Program-made: the position numbers and the translations under genes
NCBI GenBank assembly: GCA_035544015.1
Contig: DATKIP010000093.1
Location: 1,156 to 65,155 of the forward strand
Origin: Candidatus Saccharimonadia bacterium
GTDB taxonomy: Bacteria; Patescibacteriota; Saccharimonadia; UBA4664
DNA: 64,000 bases
Reading direction: 5' to 3'
Notes under the pieces: generated by a model
Told to the model about the DNA's origin: nothing
What the model saw: only the letters and a program-made list of their open reading frames with translations
The model's database searches: none
Shown: piece by piece, positions 54,550-64,000 of the stretch
Layout of the letters: every line of letters begins with the position of its first letter
Numbering within the stretch: position 1 is the first letter of the stretch

Positions 54550-55411
54550 ACGCCGCAGCCTGCTGCTCATCCTCGGCTTCATCGTCTTCGTCGGCGGGCT
54601 CGATTGGCTGTTTTCGCGCCTGCTGCACCAGCCGGCCGCCTTCATCCCCATCCTGATCGTGGCCGTCATCTACGCCGGCGTTTCATACTTCTTCTCGGCT
54701 CAGATCGCGCTCTCGATGAGCGGCGCCCGCGAGGTCCAGAAAAAAGACGCCCCCCAGCTGTACCGATTGGTCGAAAACCTCACCATCGCCGCCGGCCTGC
54801 CCACGCCCAAGGTCTACATTATTGAAGACGCCTCGCCCAATGCCTTTGCCACCGGCCGCGATCCGCAACACGCCGTGGTCGCCGTCACCACCGGCATCCT
54901 CGAGCGCCTCGAAAAAACCGAGCTCGAAGGCGTGCTCGCCCACGAGCTCAGCCATGTTGGCAACTACGACATCCGCTTCATGGCGTTGGTGACCGCCCTC
55001 GTGGCGGTAGTGTCGGTGATTTCCGACCTCCTGCTGCGGCTGTCGTTTTGGGGCGGCGGAGACGACGATGAAGGCGGCGGCAACAACAACGGCCTGCTCA
55101 TCATCCTCAGCATCGTCGGCGCCATTCTCGCGCCGCTGGTAGCCGCCGTCATTCAGTTTGCCGTCTCCCGCCAGCGCGAATACCTGGCCGACTCGTCCGG
55201 CGCGCTGCTCACGCGCTACCCCGAAGGCCTCGCGCGGGCTCTCGAAAAAATTTCTGCCGACCCCCAACCCATGCAGCATGCCAATTCTGCCACCGCTCCG
55301 CTCTACATCTCCAATCCCCTCAAGGGCCGCAGTCTCGCCGGCCTCTTCGACACCCATCCGCCCATCGCCGACCGTATCAAACGCTTGCGAGAAATGGAGA
55401 CCAAACAATGA
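54524..55411 (+). CDS. htpX: zinc metalloprotease HtpX
   Basis: HELSHV zinc motif; TM topology and 295-aa length typical of HtpX. Confidence 0.85.
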   Translation: MYTQIASNKRRSLLLILGFIVFVGGLDWLFSRLLHQPAAFIPILIVAVIYAGVSYFFSAQIALSMSGAREVQKKDAPQLYRLVENLTIAAGLPTPKVYIIEDASPNAFATGRDPQHAVVAVTTGILERLEKTELEGVLAHELSHVGNYDIRFMALVTALVAVVSVISDLLLRLSFWGGGDDDEGGGNNNGLLIILSIVGAILAPLVAAVIQFAVSRQREYLADSSGALLTRYPEGLARALEKISADPQPMQHANSATAPLYISNPLKGRSLAGLFDTHPPIADRIKRLREMETKQ

Positions 55412-56199
55412 CAACCCGCCGCGCCGCCCGCTCAAAGCCCGCTAAGTCCACCGGCGCCTGGAAGCTGTGGGTCGCCGCGGTGGCCGACATGCGCACCCAA
55501 TGGAAACGCTACCTCGCTATTCTTGCCGTCGTCACCGTCCCCCTCAATCTGTTCAACTTATTTCCTGGCCTCGCCACCGACAGCACCTTCAATCTCGCTA
55601 CCCAAATCGCCGCCGTCATCATGAACGTAGCGCTCATCTGGGCTATCGTCGAGTTTGAACGCACTGGCGTCACACCTGGCATCGGCGCCGCATACTACGA
55701 CGGTTCGGTCGCCATCGTACGCTTTCTCATGAGTGCACTGTTGCTCGTGCTTATGCTCGTGCCCGCCGCCTTTGCGGCCACGCTCTACATCATCGGCTTC
55801 CTGGCGGTCAGCGACGCCGGCACCATTGCCGAACAGCTCATCCTCGCCTCCATTTGCCTGCTCATCGCCGCGGTCAGTGGCTGGTGGATGGTGCGTTTCG
55901 GCTTGGCGCCCACCATCGCCGTGGCCGAAGGCGCCCGGCCGCTCGCCGCACTGCGCCGCTCGCGCCGACTCACCCTCGGCCGGTTTTGGCGCGTGTTCAG
56001 CCGCTATGCCGCCCTGGTATTCTTCATTGCCGTCACGGCTGTACCCATCGCGCTCGTCACCGCGGGGCTGTCGTATCTGAAGCTCGGCCCCATTCCTACC
56101 ATTTTCTTCGGGCTCGCCACCACCTTTACGGCCTTACCACTATTGAATCTCTATCTCCTCAAGCTCTACCGCAGCCTCGAATCCACCATTAAGGCATAA
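55408..56199 (+). CDS. polytopic membrane protein, hypothetical
   Basis: ATGA overlap with htpX; 6-7 TM. Confidence 0.5.
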   Translation: MTTRRAARSKPAKSTGAWKLWVAAVADMRTQWKRYLAILAVVTVPLNLFNLFPGLATDSTFNLATQIAAVIMNVALIWAIVEFERTGVTPGIGAAYYDGSVAIVRFLMSALLLVLMLVPAAFAATLYIIGFLAVSDAGTIAEQLILASICLLIAAVSGWWMVRFGLAPTIAVAEGARPLAALRRSRRLTLGRFWRVFSRYAALVFFIAVTAVPIALVTAGLSYLKLGPIPTIFFGLATTFTALPLLNLYLLKLYRSLESTIKA

Positions 56200-56224
56200 A
56201 AACACCGGACTGCGCCACGCAGGG

Positions 56225-56230
56225 TATAAT
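56225..56230 (+). promoter_or_regulatory. -10 element (GGGTATAAT) for leaderless ligA
   Basis: TATAAT ends 6 nt before ATG 56237. Confidence 0.4.
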
Positions 56231-56236
56231 CATCAC

Positions 56237-58261
56237 ATGACCCACCAGCAAGCCCACGACCGCCTGGCCAAACTCCGCGATCAGATCAATGACTACCGCT
56301 ACCACTATCACGTGCTCAATGAGAGCATCATGAGTGAAGCCGCGGCCGACTCGCTCAAACACGAATTATCCCAACTCGAAGCCAAATTCCCCGACCTCAT
56401 CACCCCCGACAGCCCCACCCAGCGCGTGGCCGGCAAGCCCTCGGACCGCTTCGCCAAAGTCCGCCACTCGGTCCCCATGATCAGCCTCAATGATGTTTTC
56501 AGCCGCGACGAGGTCGAAGCCTGGGCCGATCGCATCAACAAGCTCACCCCCGGCGCCACTACCGAGCTCTTCGCCGACACCAAAATGGATGGGTTCGCCT
56601 GCGCGCTGGTGTACCAAGACGGTGCACTCACCCAAGCCGTTACCCGCGGCGACGGGCAAGTGGGGGAGGACGTCACCATGAACGTCCGCACGATCGAGTC
56701 CGTGCCGCTGCGCCTGCGCGCGTCCAAGGATCACGCCGCATTCCTGCGCGGCCGCACCGAAATCCGCGGCGAGATCGTCATGCTCAAAAAAGACTTCGAG
56801 GCCCTAAACATTGCCAACACCGAAGCCGGCCGCCCGCTGTTTGCCAACCCCCGCAACACCGCCGCCGGCACCATCCGCCAGCTCGATCCGGCGCTGGTGG
56901 CCGCGCGTCCGCTCACGTTCTTCGCTTACGACCTCCTGCGCGACGATCCCGCCGAGGTGCCCACCTACGCCTTCGCCTATGACACCATCCGGGCGCTCGG
57001 CATCAGCACGGGCCGCCACGCCACCACCTTCACCACCCTCGACGGCCTCATGCAGTTCATCGATCACTGGTCCGAGGCCCGTGCCCAGCTGCCCTTTGGC
57101 ACCGACGGCATCGTGGTGAAGGTCAACGACCGCGCCGTCTACCGTGCTCTCGGCGTGGTTGGCAAGGCCCCGCGTGCCGCCGTGGCCTACAAGTACCCGG
57201 CCGAGGAAGCCACCACCGTGATCAAAGATATCGTGCTCTCGATCGGCCGCACCGGCGCCGCCACCCCCATCGCCACTTTCGACCCCGTGGTGGTTGCCGG
57301 CACCACCGTGACTCACGCCAGCCTCCACAACGCCGACGAAATCGCCCGCCTCGATGTGCGGGTAGGGGACACCGTCATCATCTACAAAGCCGGCGATATT
57401 ATCCCCAAAGTACTCCAATCGCTCCCCAAGCTCCGCCCGAAATCAGCCAAACCCTTCGACATGGAGGCCGAGCTCGCCCGCCAGTATCCCGAGCTCGAGT
57501 TTGTGCGCCCCGAAGGCGAAGTGGTCTACCGCCTCGCCAATGCCTCCGGCCCGCTCCTGCTCAAAAAAGCCGTCGAGCATTATGCCAGCAAGGGCGCCCT
57601 CGACATCGACACCCTCGGTGAAAAAAACGTCATCACACTCGTCGACGCCGGCCTCGTCCAAGACCCCGCCGACATCTACGCCGTCACCAAAGACCAGCTC
57701 CTAGAGCTTGATCGTTTTGCCGACATCTCGGCCACCAAGCTCACCGACGCGATCGGGCGCGCCAAAACCCCCGAGCTCCCGCGCTTCATCTACGCCCTCG
57801 GCATCCGCCACGTCGGCCAGCAAACCGCCGTCGACCTCGCCGAGCACTTCGGCACCCTCGAAGCCCTGCAAAACGCCACCCTCGAAGACCTCGACGCCAT
57901 CGACGGCATCGGCCATGTCGTCGCCGAGAGCGTGCTAGCCTACTTCGCCGACGACGACAACGCCGCCCTCCTCCGCAAATTCCATTCCCTCGGCGTCAAT
58001 CCCCAGACCTACCACAAAACCACCGGCCCCCTCACCGGCGTCAATTTCGTCATCACCGGCACCCTCGGCATGGGCTCCCGCGAAGAAGTCGCCGCCAAGC
58101 TCGTCGCCCTCGGCGCCAAAGAACAAAACTCCGTGAGCAAAGACACCACCTACCTCATCGTCGGCGAAAATCCAGGGGCTTCGAAGCTCGCAAAGGCGAA
58201 GAAGCTGGGGACGAAAACGTTGGATGAGTCGCAATTGCTTTCGATGTTGAAGGCAGATTAA
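56237..58261 (+). CDS. ligA: NAD-dependent DNA ligase LigA
   Basis: Adenylation motif TKMDGFA, OB/Zn/HhH/BRCT order, 674 aa. Confidence 0.9.
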   Translation: MTHQQAHDRLAKLRDQINDYRYHYHVLNESIMSEAAADSLKHELSQLEAKFPDLITPDSPTQRVAGKPSDRFAKVRHSVPMISLNDVFSRDEVEAWADRINKLTPGATTELFADTKMDGFACALVYQDGALTQAVTRGDGQVGEDVTMNVRTIESVPLRLRASKDHAAFLRGRTEIRGEIVMLKKDFEALNIANTEAGRPLFANPRNTAAGTIRQLDPALVAARPLTFFAYDLLRDDPAEVPTYAFAYDTIRALGISTGRHATTFTTLDGLMQFIDHWSEARAQLPFGTDGIVVKVNDRAVYRALGVVGKAPRAAVAYKYPAEEATTVIKDIVLSIGRTGAATPIATFDPVVVAGTTVTHASLHNADEIARLDVRVGDTVIIYKAGDIIPKVLQSLPKLRPKSAKPFDMEAELARQYPELEFVRPEGEVVYRLANASGPLLLKKAVEHYASKGALDIDTLGEKNVITLVDAGLVQDPADIYAVTKDQLLELDRFADISATKLTDAIGRAKTPELPRFIYALGIRHVGQQTAVDLAEHFGTLEALQNATLEDLDAIDGIGHVVAESVLAYFADDDNAALLRKFHSLGVNPQTYHKTTGPLTGVNFVITGTLGMGSREEVAAKLVALGAKEQNSVSKDTTYLIVGENPGASKLAKAKKLGTKTLDESQLLSMLKAD

Positions 58262-58839
58262 TTAGCCTTTTTTGGTGCGTATTTATCGGTCAATATCTTC
58301 TTCGTGGTCTCACTAATATCTGAGGGTAGTCCGACGCGCATGAACAGTCGTGCAAAATTTTGCGCTAGATATTCCCTATAAGGAGAGATCAACTGGAGCT
58401 TTTCAGGATATTTACGGCAAAAGTTATCCAAATAACCAACCCTTACCGCGTAAATTCGACTTAAATCAACCACTAACGGCTCAGATGGATAGGCAGAAAT
58501 TTCGGTAGAAGCCAATACCGAGAACCGAGGGTATTTCCCATTCAGCAGATCAGAAAGCTTATTGCGATTTTTAAACTCTGTTTTTCCTTTAATAAAAATT
58601 GCTAATTCATAAACCGGACATAGTTGTACATAATCAACCTTGATCCTACCGGGCTGCAGATCACATGATTGTGTCATGAGTACGACATCCTTCTCGACCA
58701 CGTCCACATCAACGGTGGTATTACTAGCGTCGAGCGACACCTCTTCATCGAGAAGTTCAAGTATCGGGAGCTGGCGAAAAATATCCCCTTGTGATAGGGG
58801 TTCTGTCGTTGAAGCTAGTTGGTACCATTCTGACGCCAC
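58258..58839 (-). CDS. hypothetical protein (AT-rich islet)
   Basis: 193 aa. Low GC relative to its flanks. Confidence 0.45.
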   Translation of the reverse strand: MASEWYQLASTTEPLSQGDIFRQLPILELLDEEVSLDASNTTVDVDVVEKDVVLMTQSCDLQPGRIKVDYVQLCPVYELAIFIKGKTEFKNRNKLSDLLNGKYPRFSVLASTEISAYPSEPLVVDLSRIYAVRVGYLDNFCRKYPEKLQLISPYREYLAQNFARLFMRVGLPSDISETTKKILTDKYAPKKAN

Positions 58840-58844
58840 GAAAT

Positions 58845-59162
58845 TTAGCCCAGCTCATTTTCATCAGAATGGTTAATGCGCGAAGGGCTGTCCTTGCGCC
58901 AGTGCTTAATATTCGCGATAAATTTTTTGCGCCGATTCGAATACCCCAAGGCTAGAGGGGCGGTGAGGATAAAACTCGAAGCTCCTCCGGTTAGCATTGA
59001 TGTCGCACTAAGGACATTCTGCGAAACCGAAGAAGTGGTCTGAAAACTAGGAGAAATTGAGAATGCCGGCAGCCCAACCAAGAGAACGGCGGAGGCAACG
59101 ACGGGTGCGCGCGGATATCTGAAGAACAAAAATGAACTGGCTGTTGTAGGTATCGCTTTCAT
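58845..59162 (-). CDS. small membrane protein (AT-rich islet)
   Basis: 105 aa with 2 TM. Confidence 0.4.
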   Translation of the reverse strand: MKAIPTTASSFLFFRYPRAPVVASAVLLVGLPAFSISPSFQTTSSVSQNVLSATSMLTGGASSFILTAPLALGYSNRRKKFIANIKHWRKDSPSRINHSDENELG

Positions 59163-59686
59163 TTTGCGATCTCCCCCGGAGGCGGCGACACTGCAAATAC
59201 TTTTGTACCAATAAGTGAGTCATTTATGGTAAAGTTTGCTCTATAATCACCGTAAACTGAAAATGTCAACGCCTGGACCGCGATAGCCCCCCCAATTTTT
59301 TGGCTCACGGCATCATGGGGGAGTTTTAGCGCATTAATTTGCAAATTTGTATCGAGGGGCTTACCATCCGGAGCAAGTATTTTAAGCTCAAGCTGAATGG
59401 GCAATTCGTTCTCGGAATCGTTGGTGAGGGATACGCTAAACGCAAAATACATTGCAGGTGCCGCTACGGGGAGGGTGTCTGCAAAGATGCGATCATACAG
59501 ATTAATGAGGCTCGCCTTGCCCTGTTCTCCGACAATTACGTTCTCGCACAAAAGCAAATATTCAGTAGTGTGTTTCATAGTACAAGTAATTATACACGCG
59601 CTAATTGTAAAGAGATATTGATGTTGCCTATAAATAAGCCGGGCAGGTGCGAACAAGTCCTCTGCACGTTTCTCGCAGATAGGCAC
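59159..59686 (-). CDS. hypothetical protein (AT-rich islet)
   Basis: 175 aa; may start at the internal M (MKHTTEY...). Confidence 0.4.
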   Translation of the reverse strand: MPICEKRAEDLFAPARLIYRQHQYLFTISACIITCTMKHTTEYLLLCENVIVGEQGKASLINLYDRIFADTLPVAAPAMYFAFSVSLTNDSENELPIQLELKILAPDGKPLDTNLQINALKLPHDAVSQKIGGAIAVQALTFSVYGDYRANFTINDSLIGTKVFAVSPPPGEIAK

Positions 59687-59693
59687 ATCTTAA

Positions 59694-60098
59694 CTACTCG
59701 CAGGCCACGCCATCGCCGTCACGATCCAGCCCATATTTGTCGTACCCAATCACCGTCACCGGGCCGGCCACATAAGCTGGACCATTGCCGGAACCACCCG
59801 CACAATCAACATCGCTGGCTATGGGGACGCATCCCGAATAATTGGGGTCGCAGTTCGCAGCCGCGGCCGAAGTCGGCGCCGGTGCGGGGGTCGCAACGGG
59901 TGTCGCTGCCGGAGTGGCCGTTGGAGTAAGTGTCGGCGCCGGCGTAGCAGGAGCCGCCGTGGCCGCTGGCAATACCGTAGCCGCCAACGCCGCCGGTGTA
60001 GCCTCGGGCGCCGCCGGTTGCGGATTTGAAGCGGCAATTACCGCCGTAACACCAATAAGGCTTCCCAGACCAATGAGAAGCTTGCGTCGGATAGACAT
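59694..60098 (-). CDS. secreted Ala/Pro/Thr-rich protein with C-terminal Excalibur calcium-binding domain
   Basis: Signal peptide and the DRDGDGVACE (DxDxDGxxCE) Excalibur signature. Confidence 0.6.
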   Translation of the reverse strand: MSIRRKLLIGLGSLIGVTAVIAASNPQPAAPEATPAALAATVLPAATAAPATPAPTLTPTATPAATPVATPAPAPTSAAAANCDPNYSGCVPIASDVDCAGGSGNGPAYVAGPVTVIGYDKYGLDRDGDGVACE

Positions 60099-60215
60099 TT
60101 ACAAAACCCCAATTTTATTGAATTATTATACGCCTAAAGCGTAGGCATAGCGAATCTGGGCTTTAGGTGGGGATCGCCAGCAGACATTACGCCCAGCCCC
60201 TGCTAAAATACATCA

Positions 60216-61184
60216 ATGACCAATCACATCATCGAGGTTCGCGGCCTCCAAAAATCATACGGCAAGAACCACGTCCTGCGCGGGATAGACTTTACCATGG
60301 AGCGCGGCACCATGCTGGCGCTACTAGGTCCAAACGGCGCCGGCAAGACCACCACGGTGCGCATCCTGAGCACGCTGCTGCCGTTTGATGGCGGCACCAT
60401 CACGGTCGACGGGCACGATCTAGGGCGCGACCCCGAGGCCATTCGCCGCATCATTGGCCTCACCGGTCAGTCGGCAGCGGTCGACGAGCTGCTCACCGGC
60501 CGCGAAAACCTAGTAATGATGGGCCGCCTCTACCGCCTCACCACTGGCAGCGCCAAACTGCGCGCCCGCGAACTGCTCGAACAGTTCGATCTTGGCGAGT
60601 CTGCCGACCGCGTCGTCTCCACCTACTCCGGCGGCATGCGCCGGCGGCTTGACCTGGCCGTGAGCCTCATTGCCACGCCGCCGGTCATCTTCCTCGACGA
60701 GCCCACCACCGGCCTCGACCCCCGCTCGCGCATCGCGATGTGGGATATCATCAAGCGCCTGATGGAGCAGGGGATTAGCATTTTGCTCACCACCCAATAT
60801 CTGGAAGAAGCCGACCAGCTGGCCGACCGCATCATCGTTATTGACGACGGCCGAGTTATCGCCGAGGGCACGGCCGCGGAGCTCAAGAGCCAAGTGGGGC
60901 GCGACCGGCTTGAGCTCACATTTGCCGATGAAGCCACCACCAAGCAGGCGCTGAAGCTGCTCGGTAGCGCCTCGGCCGTCAAGCAAACCGACGACACCAC
61001 CCTCAGTATGGAGATAGGCGACGTCACCACCGACGTCAACCACACCCTCACCACGCTCGCCGGCGCCGGTATCAAAGTCTCGGAACTGGCAGTTCACAAG
61101 CCCACCCTCGACGACGTTTTCCTGAGTCTCACCGGCAAGGCCAAGGTCACCGAAACCGAAAAGAAACCAGAGAAGGTCAAATAA
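60216..61184 (+). CDS. ABC transporter ATP-binding protein, DrrA-like (second pair)
   Basis: GPNGAGKTTT, YSGGMRRRL, IFLDEPTTGLD. Confidence 0.85.
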   Translation: MTNHIIEVRGLQKSYGKNHVLRGIDFTMERGTMLALLGPNGAGKTTTVRILSTLLPFDGGTITVDGHDLGRDPEAIRRIIGLTGQSAAVDELLTGRENLVMMGRLYRLTTGSAKLRARELLEQFDLGESADRVVSTYSGGMRRRLDLAVSLIATPPVIFLDEPTTGLDPRSRIAMWDIIKRLMEQGISILLTTQYLEEADQLADRIIVIDDGRVIAEGTAAELKSQVGRDRLELTFADEATTKQALKLLGSASAVKQTDDTTLSMEIGDVTTDVNHTLTTLAGAGIKVSELAVHKPTLDDVFLSLTGKAKVTETEKKPEKVK

Positions 61185-61999
61185 TGGCTACAACCACCAA
61201 ACTCGAATTCAACCGCAGCCCGCGCTGGGTCCTGGGCATTACCGACTCACTCATAATGATCGAGCGCTCCAGCCGCCACATCTTACGCAACCGCGACCAA
61301 CTCCTGGGTACGTTCTTCCAGCCCATCATGTTCCTGGTGCTGTTCGCCTCGGTCTTTGGCGGCGCTATCGAAAAAGCCCTGCCGCACGGCGTAAATTATC
61401 TTAGTTTCCTGCTGCCCGGCATCATCGTACAAACGCTGGCCTTCGGCTCCAGTACTACGGCCATCGCCATTTGCAATGACCTGGCCAAGGGTATTGTCGA
61501 CCGCTTCCGCTCGCTCCCCATGAACAATCTTGCCGTGCTCACCGGGCATGTTGTTTCCGACCTCTTCCGCAACGGCATATCCACCGTCGTGATGATCCTG
61601 GCCGGCCTCGTGATGGGCTTCCGTTCCAGCGCCGGCTTCACCGATTGGCTGCTCCTGGCCGGCCTGCTCATGCTGTTCACCCTGGCATTTTCCTGGCTAT
61701 CGGCCATCATGGGACTCTTTGCCAAGAGCGTCGAGGGCGTGCAATGGCTGTCGTTCCTGATCGTCTTCCCCTTCACGTTCGCCAGCACCGCCTTCGTGCC
61801 GGCCGAGGGCATGAACAAATATCTCAAGGTCTTCGCCGAAAACCAGCCCATCACGCACATCGTAGAAGCAGTGCGGGCACTCATGCTGGGCCGCCCCATT
61901 GGCGATCACGGCTGGCTGGCCGCCGTCTGGTGTGTCGCCATCCTCGCCGTATGCTTGCCGCTATCTTCCTGGCTCTTCCGCCGCCGGACCGCGCAGTAA
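61184..61999 (+). CDS. ABC-2 type permease, DrrB-like (second pair)
   Basis: 271 aa, 6 TM; TAATG overlap. Confidence 0.8.
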   Translation: MATTTKLEFNRSPRWVLGITDSLIMIERSSRHILRNRDQLLGTFFQPIMFLVLFASVFGGAIEKALPHGVNYLSFLLPGIIVQTLAFGSSTTAIAICNDLAKGIVDRFRSLPMNNLAVLTGHVVSDLFRNGISTVVMILAGLVMGFRSSAGFTDWLLLAGLLMLFTLAFSWLSAIMGLFAKSVEGVQWLSFLIVFPFTFASTAFVPAEGMNKYLKVFAENQPITHIVEAVRALMLGRPIGDHGWLAAVWCVAILAVCLPLSSWLFRRRTAQ

Positions 62000-62002
62000 C
62001 CC

Positions 62003-63514
62003 CTAGCGCGCCGTCCCCACCTCATTAATCTGCGCCTGCGTCAGGGGTACCCAGGGCGAACTGTCGGCATTGGACGAAGCCGCCGCCGGACTCGCGCCCG
62101 TATTCCACCATTTGGCCTGGTAGGGCACGCCGCTAAAGAGCACGCGATCGCCGGTATTGTAGGGGGTAGTGCCCGCCCAATCCGGGTACGTCCCGGCTGG
62201 CAGCGTGAGCTGCGGTACCGGCTTTTCGCCCGGCAGCACCGGGCCCACGAGCTCCCAGGGTGTCTGCCAAGCCTGAAGTACCGGGTTGTCGGGCAGGTCA
62301 CCCTGCGTCCACCACTTAGCCGAATACACGTTGTGATGCCACACCACTTTCGTACCCTGCAGATACGCGCCGGCGGTCGACCAAATCTGATAAGGGCTCG
62401 TAGCCGGATCATCCGGCTTCTGAGCCGCTGCGGTGGCGTCCGGCGAGGTCACCACGCCGGCGTTTTGCGACAAACTGCCGTTGAATCCGGTGCTCAGCGA
62501 GGCGGCGTAGTCGCCCTTGCCTTGCTTCACGCCACTGCACGAGTCCGACACGACCTTCACATCCACATAATTGCCGCTGCATTCCAGGTCGCGATTGGCC
62601 GACCACATCGACATGCGGCCCAGTTTGTGCGATGAAGCGAAGGCGTTCAACCCCTTGGCGTCCTCGGGCGTCAGCACTTCCTCGGCCTCGTCGTTTTGGC
62701 CAATCATCGGCGTAGCGCCAATCTTCGACCACAGCGTCGCGCTGCTGAGCTGAATGCCGGCCCGCTGGTACAAAACGCCGAGCTGGCGCTGCACGCCGGT
62801 GAGGGCCTTTTCGGAGGCCGTCTGCATCGACTGGCCTTTCTCGAGACTCTGGCCATAATCCATCGTCATCACATTCACACCGGCCAGATCAACGCCTTTG
62901 GCGAGCAGCTGCGCCACCGCATTGGTGCCGTCTTCGCTCAGGCCCTGCGGCGTGGCCGGCAGCGTCACCCACACGGCCAAGGGCTTGCCGGCCGCGCGCC
63001 GCTCCGCCTGCAGTTTGGCGATCGCCGTGGCGCGGCGAGCACCGGCTTCAGCATCGGTAAGTCCCGATTGCTCAAGGTCCAGATCAATCGTACTAATGTC
63101 GTATTGGTTAATAACCGACGCGTAGGCCGCCTTCAGTTTGGTGGGATCAGTACAGCTCACGGCTAGTTCACTATTTTTCAGGCCGCCAAACGACACCGCC
63201 ACATCCCCGTCTTGCTGACGCAAGCGCTCGATACGCCGGTCGAGATCAAGCGAAGCGTTGGCCTGCGCCATCGTGTAGGCTCCACCCCACGACGGCGTGC
63301 AATCCGCCTGAGGCAGCGCTACCACAAACGACAGCACCGCCTCGCGGTTCGCGGTCGCACCCAGTTGCTCAAACGCAAATCGCGGCGACGCCGTGACGTC
63401 CACATAAGCCGCAAACCACGGCTTATGAACCGCCGCCGACCGCTCGGCGAGCCAGCGCTGGCCCGCGTAGGCACTGCCCACCACGACCCCCGCCACAATC
63501 AATAGACCCAGCAT
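62003..63514 (-). CDS. GH18-like glycoside hydrolase (chitinase-like) with two C-terminal CBM5/12 modules
   Basis: SFGG and the DxDxE block (STIDLDLEQSG). Two AxWWTxG motifs (AKWWTQGDLP, AKWWNTGASP). Start chosen at ATG 63514 (signal anchor MLGLLIVAG...) to avoid a 76-nt overlap with the upstream gene. The track start is 63613. Confidence 0.65.
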   Translation of the reverse strand: MLGLLIVAGVVVGSAYAGQRWLAERSAAVHKPWFAAYVDVTASPRFAFEQLGATANREAVLSFVVALPQADCTPSWGGAYTMAQANASLDLDRRIERLRQQDGDVAVSFGGLKNSELAVSCTDPTKLKAAYASVINQYDISTIDLDLEQSGLTDAEAGARRATAIAKLQAERRAAGKPLAVWVTLPATPQGLSEDGTNAVAQLLAKGVDLAGVNVMTMDYGQSLEKGQSMQTASEKALTGVQRQLGVLYQRAGIQLSSATLWSKIGATPMIGQNDEAEEVLTPEDAKGLNAFASSHKLGRMSMWSANRDLECSGNYVDVKVVSDSCSGVKQGKGDYAASLSTGFNGSLSQNAGVVTSPDATAAAQKPDDPATSPYQIWSTAGAYLQGTKVVWHHNVYSAKWWTQGDLPDNPVLQAWQTPWELVGPVLPGEKPVPQLTLPAGTYPDWAGTTPYNTGDRVLFSGVPYQAKWWNTGASPAAASSNADSSPWVPLTQAQINEVGTAR

Positions 63515-63537
63515 GACGCGCCACGGAGATAATCGCC

Positions 63538-64000
63538 TCACGACACCACCTCGCTCTGCTCGGTCAACGGCACCGTGCCCCGGGCGTCGCCATGGTACAG
63601 CACGGCTCGCCAATCCAGCCCCGCCTGGCCTTTGCCCGCGCCGGCGGCCGACTTCGGCTTCACCTCCACGTACATCCAGTCGGTCAGGCCGCGCCAGGTG
63701 TCGGCCAAAATGCTGAAAACACCGATGTAAGCCATGATCGCCCAGCCCGCCACTACCGCGTTAAAGCCCGCAAACGCCGCATTGCCCCAGTTGTGCGGTA
63801 CCACGTCGCGCCACAGCGTAAACACCGAGAAGCCCACAATCAGCAACGGCACGATCACATACAGCATTGGCGAAACCGTGCGGTTCTTCACCTTCGGCGT
63901 GCGCGCAAACGGAATCTTTTTGCCCGAGAGCGCCTGCTGAAGTGACTTCAGCACCCCGGCTAGGTTCACCGGCAGTAAGATCAAGTTGAAGCCGTAGATG
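63538..64000 (-). CDS. C-terminal part of a membrane glycosyltransferase (GT2 synthase-like), 5' end outside the window
   Basis: TM-rich C-terminus, ORF open to the window edge. Family assignment is weak. Confidence 0.4.
   Translation of the reverse strand, partial: IYGFNLILLPVNLAGVLKSLQQALSGKKIPFARTPKVKNRTVSPMLYVIVPLLIVGFSVFTLWRDVVPHNWGNAAFAGFNAVVAGWAIMAYIGVFSILADTWRGLTDWMYVEVKPKSAAGAGKGQAGLDWRAVLYHGDARGTVPLTEQSEVVS

Overview
This 64 kb window is visibly GC-rich, with a strong G/C bias at third codon positions, and is interrupted by AT-rich islets at about 23.46-23.97 kb, 27.4-31.3 kb and 58.26-59.69 kb. The gene content suggests a monoderm-type bacterium: an LtaS-like sulfatase-family membrane protein, a type IV prepilin, SecG, LemA-HtpX and a NAD-dependent DNA ligase.

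Housekeeping genes include ligA, def, idi, htpX, lemA, secG and seven tRNAs (Leu-CAG, Leu-GAG, Val, Phe, Gly, Cys, Leu-TAA). There are also two paralogous DrrAB-like ABC-2 exporter pairs, an MFS pump with a divergent HxlR regulator, a PadR regulator with a pentapeptide-repeat protein, a RelE/YafQ toxin-antitoxin pair, an IS1595-family insertion sequence and a Bro-N gene.

The most striking content is accessory and cell-surface related:
- Three separate loci encode secreted proteins with a divergent WxL-like C-terminal domain (conserved terminal motif GTYtTTviYTcT). Each is paired with a signal-peptide plus C-terminal-TM-anchored DUF916-like partner carrying a conserved GG-Y----F--T-PP motif. 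One locus carries three tandem WxL-like paralogs; another fuses a LamG lectin fold to the WxL-like tail.
- These loci are flanked by small coiled-coil proteins built of PAFDxAF or RFDKI repeats, small 3-TM proteins with a basic tail, and a 1648-aa Gly/Thr/Ala/Ser-rich giant protein with beta-helix-like internal repeats.
- There is a tandem array of five paralogous roughly 95-aa 3-TM proteins, a duplicated module (membrane-protein gene plus a roughly 100-nt structured 3' element) flanking a lipoprotein gene, and a mosaic intergenic repeat family that re-uses the 3' end and flank of the tRNA-Leu genes.
- Many promoters appear leaderless, with an extended -10 (TGnTATAAT) 6-7 nt before the start codon.
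- ATGA/GTGA start-stop overlaps are frequent.

All CDS boundaries come from the supplied ORF track. Alternative starts and RNA or regulatory coordinates were read by eye and may be off by 1-2 nt.
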